From Phoronis australis (lineage: Eukaryota; Animalia; Phoronida), in NCBI GenBank assembly GCA_002633005.1, contig NMRA01000132.1, forward strand, positions 558,001-622,000: DNA of 64,000 nucleotides. Reading direction: 5' to 3'. The position numbers were made by a program, and so were the translations under genes. Below are positions 1 through 56,100 of this stretch, one piece after another; positions within the stretch are counted from its first letter, which is position 1, and each line of letters begins with the position of its first letter. Below the pieces are notes generated by a model, which did not search any database, was not told where the DNA came from, and saw only the letters and a list, made by a program, of their open reading frames with translations.

Positions 1-380
1 ATAGTAATGTGTTCTGGTTTGTGTTTAGTTACGTGTTGTGCTGTTTGTGATAAGTGTCAATCATATTTCGCCCTACGTAACTGTTTGTGCTGTCTCACTT
101 GTTGATGTGAGGCCATAATTTTTTTTATTTCGTTACGATGACTTAAAGTTGTATCAAAAACTATGAGAATATAACGAGGTGTCTAAAACGAATTTTTTGC
201 TTGTCTTATACTTTAATGTAAGACATTTCAAAAATTAAATGTTATCGAATAACAAAATTCTTTTGTACATTCACCTTGTGTAGTTTATGTAATCTATACT
301 CTCCCTGTGTGGTGTGGTTCTGGTTGTTTGATTATGAGCACACTGTTACTGAAATATTCCACTTACTCATTGTACTACAG

Positions 381-42785
<42,405 letters not shown>

Positions 42786-43084
42786 ATCCAAAGAAACCGA
42801 AACAGCAAGGTCGCTTAAACTGTGAACGTGCCGTGTTCAGAACAATGCTTTTCTGCGATGTTGATTGTGAAACTGAGGCTGTCTGGTAATGAGCAGAAGT
42901 CCTAAAGTTTTGCAACCGTGTTGGAGTAGCCAAGTAGCAATAAAAGGAATAAGAGCACCGCTGCAAGTCAACCACACTGAATACTCCCATTTCCTTTCTG
43001 ACAACTTGAAGTGCAGGTTTCACAATGTGGTCACTGAAGACAATTAGCGTTGTAGAAATTCTGTCCGCTTCAGAAATACTCATT

Positions 43085-43150
43085 ATGAATCTGTTTTGAT
43101 GATGAATCTGTTTTGATGATGAATCTGTTTTGATGAAGAATCTGTTTTGA
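43085..43150. repeat. 17-bp tandem repeat (atgaatctgttttgatg), about 4 units, in the 3' UTR
   Basis: Directly visible. Confidence 0.9.
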
Positions 43151-44011
43151 CCAGTCTGTGTTTCTGACCTCTGGTTTGACATCTACGCATGCGAGTGTGT
43201 AGAATTAGTACAGGTTGTACATAATGGCAGAAGGCTTGTAATTTTCCTCTTGAAGATGATTCCTCTCTGTTGGATTCGATTTCATCTGATTTGATTATCA
43301 GTTTCCTCCCTTTTCATGTCTTTTTTCATTAGTTTCATGCCAAAATACGGTTCTTATACATAAATGTTAACAAAAAAATTTCTAGAACACAAATCTATTT
43401 GTAGAACCATATGGCACCTGGACAATTTCCTTTTTTTTGTCATTGGTCATTACAAGCCCCGATGTCAAATAGATTGTGCATAGATTTGGATATGCAACAA
43501 GGAGTTGTTTAATTGGTCTTCAGAGACTTCAGTGCATAAACTGTGTGATTTAGCTGTGATAGGTTGTTGCTGATAGTGACACTGGCCATCCTTATTGAGG
43601 TCATCAAGTGCCGTTTTGTACGTTTCACTATTTGCATACAATTGCCGTTTTGTGCTTTTCAATGTCTGCATTCACAACTCCAAATGTAGTTTTGTAATGT
43701 TCAAGAGAGCTCAAAATATTGTCTCAAGTTTTTTTTCAGCCACTTAGTGGTCATTTTGTTGCCATTGGTGACAATCACTTTAGGAAATTATCATGACATT
43801 CTACGCAAGAATTCAAAGGATAATTCTGTATATACAGAATGCAGTTAATCCAATGTTTTTTTAGATTTTAATCAAAACATGTTTGTACTTTGTTGATAAC
43901 ATGGCAGTTTGTGATTTGTGCAGTTACACCATAGACTATTTATTTTGGGAGTTGGTAGTTTTTACGAAAAATATAAGCACGAAATGTGCTGTTGGACCCG
44001 TAAGGTAGTCC

Positions 44012-44256
44012 GGGTTACGTTTCATGAAAAACGACTTAAGACTCGAGACAGAAATCTCACTTGTACAAAAGTCCAGTTTCTGAGAATATACACATAATTG
44101 TTAGTTTCCAAGAAAAATCTCTCCAAAAAAATACTGCCAGGCGGTACAATTTCTCATGATGCCTTCATTATTACTTGTCTGAACCCTTTTTCAGCAACTG
44201 TGAACTGGAGATCTTGACTAACTTTCTGTCTTAAGTCACTTTCATGAAACGGACCC
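44012..44256. mobile_element. MITE in the probable 3' UTR of the smoothelin-like gene
   Basis: About 30-bp imperfect TIRs gggttacgtttcatgaaaaacgacttaagac / gtcttaagtcactttcatgaaacggaccc; related fragment near 40710. Confidence 0.7.
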
Positions 44257-44627
44257 TAATCAGGTAAAATAATCGATTGTTATACTTTCTTGACAATTTC
44301 TTCTGTTTGATTTACAGTTAGTGCTCTGTAAATTTATTTTTAGTGCAATTACAATGAAATATTTCACTGTACAGAGTATTGCTCTTTATTAATAACATTA
44401 AATGACACACAACATTTGTTTGACTTTGTGAACTCGATTTTCACCATCTCGTACAATCTCTGTTGTCACAGCACTGTGCAGAGGCTCGTGAAGTCGTAGT
44501 GCATAATTTGCATAGTTGATAAAGTTTGAATGTTTTTAATGACACCATCGCCCTTCATCCAAAATCTCAAACATAAGATGTACTTAAACAAAGTTCATGG
44601 ATGTATTGTACGGTGGATATAAAACGC

Positions 44628-44923
44628 CAGCACAGGATTCTTTTTTCTCCAGTCCGAAGTCTACCGATGACCGACTACCGTTATCAATAAAGTTTTTCTG
44701 TGCATTTGTAAACTTACTACTAAGTAGACTTATTATCACTACAGACTTGCTAACTCTATCAAAGAGATAGTAACTCTATTGACAGACTCAACAGAGAGAG
44801 AAACTAACTCTAGCAATAGATTCACTATCTTTATCAATAGACTTAATAGTGCTTTGAGATAGCAAGTCTATTAAGAGCGATATTAACTCCAATAGTTTGG
44901 ACAAGAAAAAAAATCCTGTGCTG
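44628..44923. mobile_element. MITE with internal short repeats
   Basis: TIR cagcacaggatt / aatcctgtgctg; repeated actctat/aatagact motifs inside. Confidence 0.7.
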
Positions 44924-47128
44924 ACCCTTTGTAGGCCACCGTAGTATTGGTTAAGGCAAAATTAGGTCAAAAGGTAGCTGCGTACAAGAGCCAGTAGACA
45001 TGATCATCGTCTCGAAAGTAAACTTTTTTATGCGTCTGCCTATCGTGGGTAGTTATGAAACATCAATCGAGCAATTAATTCCAGCCAATCAGAATGCGTT
45101 GAAATATAAGACCAATGAGCTTGGGGCACTTACAGTGCAGAGCAACAGTTTATTGAGAGCGAACAAGGAAAGTGCTTGTGGGAAACAAACGCATGTGGTA
45201 GACCTCATGATCAGCTGAATATGTGCTGAAGGAATATGTCAGAATAACGAAGCCTACAGTGAAATAAATTCACCTTTGCAAATATTTTCTTGTGAAAAAG
45301 GCTAACAATCCAATACGTAGAACAGTGTGCATAATAACACGTGACATGGAAATGTGACCTCGCCAACAGCCCAAGACGTGTATTTTTAGTCCAAATTGAA
45401 GACCACCTGTGACCACCCCCCAAGAAAACTTAATGCGTAGAATTGTTCTCGGCAGAGCTAGTAGCACATGACCACCAGCACACCTAATTGTGTCATAAAA
45501 CTGAAAATGCAGAAAAGCAAGTATACTGGCAATCACAGTTCCCAGTTGACTGAATGAACTGATCTGAATGAAGCTCATTTGATGTGAACAGGTAGATCTA
45601 TGAAAGGATGTAGTGTGGCGTGTAAGGGTTAGTTTTCCACTAGGTCCTTTTGCATGTGTGGCTCCATGCAGTACAAGTTCAGATGAAATAACAACAGAAA
45701 GGCAACCAACTGAAATGATTTTTTTTTAATTGCTACGCTTGCAAGGAACTTGCACCATATTTGCTTTGCAAAACTAACTCTGGTGGTTGTGGCCCAACAG
45801 TTAAACCTATCCAATTCCATTCAGAAGCACTTTTCACATTATTGCTGGCAACAGTTCCAGACTGGACAAGTGCTGCTGGTGTACTTTTTCAGAATATATC
45901 AAAATGACGAACTATTAATTCATATCGTGCTCAAAGACATTTGATAGTGTGTCGCTGGACTGATAAAAATAAATCGATGCTCCCAAAGTTATCCGTTTTC
46001 ATACTATGGCAAGTTTATTACCGTTTTGAAGCTACTTGTTTTGTTCACATATTATAAACAGCAATTACAAAAATATGTTTTTTAAAATGAATTGTCAAGT
46101 TAATGTCCAAAAGATTTAAAAAAAAAAAAAATCTAGCTTTATTCCCTGACAGTTGATGAGTCACCCAGAGGTCAACTTTCATATATTTGTGTAGGGGATA
46201 CCGCTAAGCTTTGAACACTGCTACCATATTTATACCATCAAAATTAAAAATTTAATCCAAGTTCATAATAAAGCTCCAAGTGTACGCCCAATAAAAGTGC
46301 CGAGAACATGTACCGTACTTACCACAACTGTAAAGCACTACCGATACAAGATATACCGGCATAATGAAAATGAGTGTCGTCCTTTTACCAAAATTATGAA
46401 CAGCATGAACCATTTCAGTGGTACATCCCCAGCAGCCACTTTACACAAGACAAGAAAGTCAGTTTTCTGACAGCATTCACTGTCTGTGTCTTCTTTTATT
46501 ATAATTTTGAGGTGAGATACATGGTAGAAACCAAAACAACAAAAGGTTTGTTTAGTTTACCTGAGTCAATTAACTTTACGAAGACAGCTATTATGAACCA
46601 CACAGAAAACATTTGACACCAGCACACTTCAGTGTTTGTCATTTCAGATCGAAATTTGCCGATATCTCACAATTTTTAAAGACAAATCATGAAGTCATGG
46701 TACCCAGTCCATAGATTGAGAAACAGTCTAAACAAACATGTACTGAATCTTAAAATCATTATTTACTACATGGCAATGTAGTAATTAGCAACTACAAAGT
46801 TGCAAAATGCTTTTAAATTTTCTGCTAGTTTGACTAACAGAATACGGACATGAATATTTTTGATCATAAGAAAGAATGTCTCATAATGGTGTCATTTGTG
46901 TCAAGATTCTGTGATACATTGTTTACATTGCGTTCATCAAGAGTATGCAGTAGAGCATGGAAAGTAGGCAATTGAAATATATTTAGGTAGTTGTCTGGGG
47001 CTTATCAGGATGGTGACATATAGACACTGCCATGGTGTTGGCTGTCCAAAGTAAGCGCGACAATAACCATGGCCTCATTTTCGTACAGGAACTTCTTGAC
47101 GTGCACTGTCTCAATAAGTTAACGTTGG

Positions 47129-47194
47129 TTATGTCATCTCGTCCTCTGCGTCAGAACTTATCCCAAACTCTTCATCGAATGTTTCACTTGAGAT
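47129..47194 (-). CDS. DDX55: DDX55 terminal exon ([21 protein letters not shown])
   Basis: tttcag| acceptor, IS.E.FD motif, TAA stop. Confidence 0.9.
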   Translation of the reverse strand: MSSETFDEEFGISSDAEDEMT

Positions 47195-50100
47195 CTGAAA
47201 GGGTATAACCCATGTCTCAATGTTTTCATGGCAAGATGTGACGCTCATCACATCACACTCAGGCAAGTGGGCACACTGTAATACAATTACAGCTCTGATG
47301 CATGATTAAAGACAACACACGTGCAATGTAACATCAATACAATAGACCACTCGCAGTTATTTCCATTTTCACTAGAGTACAAAATGTACAATTTTCCTGA
47401 CCTCCTCCCTCCAAAAGCGAGCAAAAATGTCAATGTATTTGAGTGAAATCGACAGAGGCAGAAGACGAGCAGTCTGTCAAATTACATGACTTGTGTACAT
47501 ACAAAGGTAAATTGGTATTTCAGCTGTTATGGAAGTCTCTGTAAGCTCCCATCAAGGAATCACTGTGATATCAATGGTGTTAACTATTTCATCACGCAGT
47601 TATCTGTTTATGGAAAACTCATGGGCTTATAATTGCAACGTTCCAAAAACGGGGGTTGGCTTATAACAGGGTGGGCTTGCATCGCGTGTTCAATAAGCGT
47701 ACATTGTTGGCATCTGTTTTACTACGCAGCTCAATCCTAGCCCGCCTAATGACAAAGCACAAACGAAAGAGACTAATTAGACATGGACAGAAGCGTACAT
47801 TTAGCAGACTTGTGAAAATGTTGATAGCTTACTTAACAGTGAATGGTTCCTAAAAGAGATTTCCAGATGACCAAACCAGTGATTGCAAAAGTATCACCCA
47901 TAACATTACATTGCCTTAATGGACTGCCTGGAGGTGACAGGCAGGCAACTCTGGACAATCAGAAAACTACAAGCCCCTCTTCTTGATTACTTTTTATTGT
48001 ACTTTAATCTGACAGCATTAAGACAAGAGTCATCTGAAGAATTGAGATGTGTGATTTCATTTTTCGCTTTTTTTCTGGACAAAAACAAAGCCCACAAAAA
48101 GATTTGAGCATAAAGCCTTTTCTCTACAAAAATCAGCCACGTTTTGTGGAAGATAACCATAATTCAGATCAGCTGATTTGATTGTCTGTCCAAAAGTTCC
48201 ACTAACTGATCAGACCTTATTGCCATGTTTTATTACTCACACCTGGAAAGACCTATTCCCATCAGTTATCACAGCATGTACAAGGGCCCAGTGTATATTT
48301 GCTTCACAGTCAAAATAGCGTTATGCCCTGCACCACATGGACAACGCGTGATACAGCAAAGATTTCCATAAAGGCTCAAGTCAAATCACTGCACAGTAAT
48401 CATTACCTTCCCCTTCTTCAACTTCTTCAACAGTCGCGCATCACTAGCCAGATCATCCAAGTCCTCTTCACTCAGTTCTAGTTTCCTCTTCTTTGCAAGC
48501 TCTTTCTTTTCTTTCCTCACTTTACGTTTTTCTTTCCTCTCCTTCTGATGTGACCAGGGAATTGTCTAGAACAGAATAGAAATGTAAACAATAGACAACT
48601 AAGACACATATAGGCATAATATTTCAAACTATTTTATTTTTACTAGTCATAGGGCCGTATGGCTACATTTAGCGGTCGCTGTAGTGGACTAGCAGCGAAA
48701 TGGTTTTGAGTTCAGACTGCACGGGTAACGTCCTCGAGTAGAGTTCTAACTTACCATTGTACCACTCAAGTAAAAGCACATCATGATGATGTAATCACAA
48801 GACATTAACTTTGTTTCATGGTAGTCATCATAGACTGCTAGCAGATCTGTTTGTTCAGTGTTTCAGAATTATACTACCATGGCAGTGTCTGTTCCTTTTT
48901 AGAGTTTGTTCCGTTTACATTGCACAAATGTTATACCTTTTATCTTCATATTTTCAAAAGAAAAATCGTGCACATTTATTCTGTATGGCAGATACTTGTA
49001 ATATACCAGGGATTGCCTGTATCATATCAGAAGTGTATTACACATGACTCAGTATTTTTGAAATGTAACATGCATAACAGTTAACTTTGAAATGTATCGC
49101 CTGCAGACTTTGTCTAGTGGGCGAGTGTAATGCTGATGTGCTTATGCACTTCACATGTGCTTATGCACTTCACATGTGCTTATGCACTTCACATCTTCAC
49201 ATAGATGAGCTGAAAGTACTGAAAGTCTTCTCATATTCAGCGCATAATATGGCCAAAAAGTGAAATTTAATTCTACTATGACAAATTTTTCCACAAAAAT
49301 AATAACGATTAAGAAAACTTTAGTCTATCGCAAGCCTGGTTTGTACCGTGAGGATGTCGTAAAGCAACACTTGATGCAGTTTCTTGTTTCCAGAAAAATA
49401 CCAGCCTTTGAAAAAATGGAGAATGACAATTTTGGAATTCAAATTATTATTGTGCAAAATAAGTGAAGAACCGCCACAGATCTGATACAACAGTGAACAG
49501 CTAACCTTCGCTATGACTTTGGACTTTTTCTTAGGCACTGTTTCTCCACTCTGCTTGAATTTTTTCAGGTTAGCTTGTCTCTGTTTCTCCCTTGCCTTGT
49601 CTCTAGAAATAAAACAAGGAAATGTCTTGATAAAATTTACCAAAAAAATGGCTGCAAATTGAAAGCCTGCAAATACAAGGTTACACTAGATACATGACAA
49701 AACTTGTCAGTCAATTCAATAGCCGGCCACCGGGGTCTACTGACTTGAAGATAAACTGAGACTTCTGTCATTCACAAAAGCTTCCACCAAATGGACCAGT
49801 ACAATTCTCCACTGTGTGATTTTCAACCTTTCCAATGTTCCCACAAATCATCCTCAGAAAAATTACAAATACTACAATTAGAAGACCTTAAAGTTACTAA
49901 TGGGTAAGTGCACATCCTCACACAGTGGTAACATAAAAGTACGCTAGCCAACAGTGGGCATTGTGATTAAACGTGGTTCGTCCAGTACATTTGCAGGCAG
50001 CTGATTACATATTAAACAAACAACTGGGTAAAAATACTCATCCACAGCAGGACAACAATTTAGCCACAGCAATCATGACCTGTGACCTCCATTCATCCGC

Positions 50101-53100
50101 GGCAGAAAAACATGACTGCACAGAACCACATTTTGGCTAGATATTGAAATAGACATTGGGGAAATTAGTAAAACTAGGAGCAAGCATTGATATGAATGGA
50201 GTGAGTTCAAACAGCAAGAGAACATTCACTCACCTGTAGGCTATTTTTTCAACATCTGCACTGTCGGGTTTAAAGTTTGGAAAACTCTTTCCCTTTAATT
50301 CGGGCATTTTTGGTAAACGAAGCAAGCCAAAGCCCTCGGCCAATTTAGCAATATCAAGGTCTGAAATCAGAATGTTGTTTAATCTTTTTATACAGTCTAA
50401 AAGCGACATGTTGAGCTATGTCCAAAGGTACAAAATGGAACTAAAGGGGGGAGAATACTGCGCTAATACGTTCTCATGTTTAAGTGACAATTCACCAACA
50501 GTGAAATTAAAACAACCTAGGTAACCTACACTGCGTGGTAACAATTAGGTTTGTCCAATGATTACAAAGCGCACCTTGAGCACAAATAATCTGACACTTA
50601 CCTTTTAGCCTGAATATAACGCTGCATTCGTGTTTTACATACGATTGTATAAACGATACAAACGCCCGCATTCCTTTTTCATAAATTGCCCTACAAATAA
50701 AGACAATCGGAGATTTAAAGACGCTCATTCGCAGCAAAATCAAACCCAATTTCAAAACCTGCTCATAAAACCCGAGGTCGTCATGCAAATAAACAAAGTA
50801 GAAACAAAATCTAGAAAAAAATATTTATTAAAAACCACTACTAACTTTCAAGCCTTAATTGGTGCAGTTCTACCATCAGGTATGAAGATGAGAGGCACGA
50901 AAGGTCATCACCATTTTCTGTCTTTTTTTTTCATTTTCTCTCCTCCCTCCCCTTTGTAGTTCTGAACAGGTTGCTATAAGTAAGCCTTTCGCGTTACTTG
51001 TCTTCATACCTCATGAAGAGCCACATCCTTTAAGACTTAAGAGCTTAGGTTTTTAAATAAATATTTTTACCAGATTTTAAAGTGTTTTTACCTGTCTCTA
51101 CTGTGTCTAGTTTTGTCTGTTCTAAACATATGTCATTTAATAATTAAAAACAAACATCATCAATAAATGGCAAAGCTGGAAAGACATCGGGAGGTATAGA
51201 GGAGAGATGAGGTCTTGGAATTACATTGGTTGTCCTCTTTGGATCATTCAGTAAGTGATTCACTGGACCACATATGACTTTGCTTTGACCTCATTTGAAG
51301 TAAAATTAACTGTAAACAATGTATTACATCTAACCTCACCTGTCAGTTCGAGCTATACTTTTCACTGTTGGTAACATATCTTCCACTGTCTGGGCAGGTT
51401 TTATTTCTTCTAAAGGTACCTAAACATTCACAAGCAATTACAGCCAATGAAAATCAGAGAAGTGTAATTGGTAGAGGTAACAGTCAACCTTCACAAAATT
51501 CACAAATTGAACAAAATTACATCTACATTATATTGCTATTCATAACACTTCTTAAAACATATTATTTAATGCGACAAATTTGCAAGATTTTTGAGACGTC
51601 TTCATTTGATTTAATTTCACTTGGCATATTTCCATGAACACTAGAGATATTGGCCGAAGACTTATGACAACAATTTGAAAACTGAAAAGAATTTGATGGC
51701 TTATATCTCTGTTGTGTGACGGAATGTACAGTTAACCCCCCCAACCCCAATAGAGATAACGTCGTCATACATATATTGTCTCAACTCATGTTACAGGAAA
51801 GGAGGCAGTGACACCTAGTGGGACAAGTGTCAACTTCCTTTACTCAAGCTCGTGGGTTTGAGTCTCTCTGAAGCACACTGCCAGAGCCTTGAGGCAGGTC
51901 TCTAGCTCCTCAGCTCGGTTTTATGTAAAGCATAAAATGGTTCTAGTTGATCAGTGCAATGGGCACGTCTGGTACAAGGTGTGCCAGATCGCCTGCAATT
52001 AGTATTTGAAGCACAAGTAGCATAGAAACACTTACCTTCTGGTTTATTGAGATAAAGTCAACATACGAGTCCTCAGCAGGTCGTAGGAAGACTAACGCAT
52101 TACCAGTGTTGCCTATGCGAGCTGTCCTGCCACATCTATGTACAAAGGCACTGCAACATACAAACACAGGAACTTGTACCAACAGTTACAAGTAACTTTT
52201 TGGTAATGGACATCCAGGGCACTAATCAAACTGTCAGGTTTTGATACAGATAGGGTGGAAGTTATTCCATCATCATGCTCCTAGATTTCAGCTACATGAA
52301 AACCCCAATCCCAGACCCCGGCTAAACCTGCCATAGTGATCCTCAGACAAGTACGCCTCTAAACTACATGCACTGGACTTATAGTACGCATGAGGAATCT
52401 GGTTTCCGGGAGTTGTTTGGTCACTGTAGGGAGCTTTTTTGGCATAGGAGTTGAGAAGCAAGTCAAGAGTTCAATATCGCTTTCCCCCATGTCTACACAA
52501 CCATGTTGTCTTTCTTGTACATAAAGTTGTAAAGCACAACGCCAATTTATCAAGTTTAGATCTAGGTGGCAACTATTGTCAGTCCTTCCAAAGTCTGGAA
52601 ATCCCGTCTAACATTAGTACAAAACATGTCGAGACCAAATTTTATAGAAAAAGTGGAAACCCAATCACAAGGCAACTGTACACACACAAAATGTAACTCA
52701 CCTGGCTGAAGTGGGCGGATCGTACTGAATCACCCAGTGAATGTCAGGGATATCCACTCCCCGGGCCATAACATCAGTGCAAACCAACAGACCACTACAA
52801 TATAACAAGAAGACAGGAGGTACTTGAATGTGTCATTAACACATGTATCACAACTACACACTCTGGTTATTATACCATTACCCCACAATAACCATATCCC
52901 AAAATGCTACAGCATCCTCTCTGACTCTGCAGTGTTTACCCACAATGCAGCACACCAGGAGGGCAGTTATCCCAATGTTGTATACTGATGCCATGCTAAT
53001 CATTATTTTACAGCTGCTTGCCATTCGTCATGATAATGCAGGAAAAGTTTTATTGTGAGCTGCAATGCTGACTCCAAAAAAAGTTAATAAGCTGAAATGC

Positions 53101-56100
53101 TACCTTGCCAAACCTTTTGAAAACTAGGTTAATCATAAAATGTGTTTTTCTATTTCCACAACGAGGAGAGCTGCATTCAGTGTAACTATCAGCAAACACC
53201 AGATACTGTAGGCCAGTGAACTAGTTTGCAACTGATAAGACAAGTGACACAAACAGTGTTGTAAATGCAGCCCCGCACAGTTTGATTACTCATGTAGGAC
53301 ATAGATTTTTGGGGTACAATCGTGAGCCTGTGTATGTGAAATACAATCTTAGGTATAATGGCACAAGTTGTAGGCTTACCATTGCACAAGCAGTATTTGA
53401 CACTCATACTCGCGTACAATGTGTTAATTACACAGAAGAGGACTCTGACTAGAAGGAAGGCATTTGATGTAAAATTTTGCATAGATTTTGTGCAGTTCGT
53501 TACACTTTGTCATAGTATAGTGACCATTTAACAGCTTCACTTCAGCATTTATTTGTCAAGTGTGTAAGCATAGAGTTGTTTGTTTAATGACATCACTGCA
53601 GTCACGTGTTGTTTATTCAAATGTGTAACGCTAGAGTTTTTATCTTGTAGTTTAGTCTGTGCACTGACCTATGTCTAGCACCGACTAAAAGTCAATGAGA
53701 ATCCCCATGAAGTTTTTTTAAAGGTTATAGCAAATTCAGTTATTTTCTAATAGTCATAGAATGTCTACTCCTTAAATTTTGTGCATTTTCCATCAAGTAC
53801 TAAAACGTAGCACCCCTACTAATGACACAGCAACAACATTACCTGGTTAATTGGCGAAAAGATGAGAAGATTTTGTTTCGTTTCGACTTCATTTTTCCGT
53901 GGATGCACAACACCTGAATGGTCTTTAAAACACTAGAAAGGCATGAAAAGCATTCAGTCATATGGAGTGAGAAACAGCCAGTCATATGGAAGACAGAACA
54001 GTCAGTCATATAAAGTGTGAACCAGTCAGTCATATATAGTGAGAAACACTTAGTCGCATGGAACATAGAACAGTTCGTCACATGAAGCACAGCAGTCACT
54101 CATAGAAAGAGTGAGTCAGTCATGCGGAACAGAGAACAGTCAGTCACATGGAGTGTAAAACAGTCAGTCACATGGAACACAATTCAGTCAGTCATATGAA
54201 GTGTGAAACAGTCACATGGAGTGTGAAACAAGTCACATGGAGTGTGAAACAGTCACATGGAGTGTGAAACAGTCACATGGAGTGTGAAACAGTCACATGG
54301 AGTGTGAAACAGTCACATGGAGTCTGAAACAAGTCACATGGAGTGTGACACAGTCACATGGAGTGTGAAACAGTCACATGGAGTGTGAAACAAGTCACAT
54401 GGAGTGTGAAACAGTCACATGGAGTGTGAAACAGTCACATGGAGTGTGAAACAGTCACATGGAGTGTGAAACAGTCACATGGAGTGTGAAACAAGTCACA
54501 TGGAGTGTGAAACAAGTCACATGGAGTGTGAAACAGTCACATGGAACACAGAAGAGTCGGTCACATGGAACACAAAGTAAGACACAGCTAACACACAAAT
54601 CAAGCTCGGAAAAGACAGAAAAGCTGTAAGTAAACATAACAGCAAAGGTCCCAAAATAACATAAAAGTACTTGTCAGTTAACAGCCAACACTTGATATAT
54701 GATGAAAATGTGAGAGAAATTTGTAGTTTCTAACATCAGGGGAATCAACAGCCTTTCCTGAATGAGGATTCACTATAAAAATCACAAAAATTTCCCACAC
54801 GCAAACAGCAGGAACTAAACGCCTTGTTCATCACTCTCTTTCTACATATGATGAAACAATGTCAGACATTGACAGAGGTGCAGATAAATCATAACAGAAG
54901 AGAATCCCATGACACAGTTTCAATGGAGAGACTAGATATATCAAAACTGCTCCATTTCTTGTCAGATTGAATAGAAACAAAAAGATACAGCAATTATATG
55001 ACAAAAAATAAGAGGGAAAACTTACATTTTTAAAATAGAGGAAAAATAATCCACAGCAGCACAAGTACTGAAGAAGACCATGTGTTTCCCATTCTTATGT
55101 GTTTTCAAAAAGTTGACGAGTTGATTAAATCTTTCATCACTTTCACACATCTGAAAAATACGGACATTACTACACAGATGTGCACAAAACCTCACACTGA
55201 CTGTTCTGTTCAATGCAGCAGCATATCAGTGCATACTGCAATGCATATGTTCAAGCGCATATGTTATAGTGCATATATAAAAGTGCATATTATAGTGCAT
55301 GTTTTAATAGTTTCACAATAAGGGAAAGTGCCCGTTATACAACAAATTGAGAGATTGATATAGGTTCAGACTACACAGACCAACTGCATGTATATGTATT
55401 TGATTCGCAACACTAAATTTTAAATTACACTTGATGTCCTAATTTTTTCAGATGAAAATAACTACTGCAAACATTTTAGGTCTGGTCCACGAAGCAGACC
55501 TAAAATTGTCTGCAATCTATGTTTCCAGTTTAAGATTTACATAATCATATGAAAAATATTGGCATTTTCACTGGTTTCACAGGAAAGTTAATTATAGACC
55601 CTTAATTCAAACCGACATGTCTTTAATTTTATTCAAAATATTATACATATTATTTAATATAAGCAAGTTTTTCATACTTTACTAATATGAAAATATTAAA
55701 ACCAATTTTGCAACAGTTACATCCTACATTCCATACCATGTAGTAGTTTTTCAGATTGGTGGGGGTCTTCTGATTTGCCTCCGGCTTGACATTCTTCTGT
55801 TTGACGGAGACCCTGACAGGGTTGCGTAGACCCGCTCTGATAAGAGCCTCGAGTTCCTGTGTTTGAGTGGCAGAGAACAGGCCAGTCCGCCTCTGTTTGG
55901 GTAGGTAGCTGAGAATCGTATTGATGCTGGAACCAATTATGAGCCAATCAAAATTTTAGGGGAAATCTACTTCTCTCAGGTCTCGACAGATTGGACATCA
56001 GAAGATTATGTCATAACTGTGCAGGACAAAGGCAAGAGCAAAGTTAACCCATAACATCCAGATTGTACCACAGACAGACTTCAACATGGCAGAGCACAAA

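Noticed and set aside
54211-54545. Regular 20-21 bp repeats as a CRISPR array
   Set aside because: Head-to-tail units with no unique spacers, in a eukaryotic intron, with no cas genes; this is a minisatellite.
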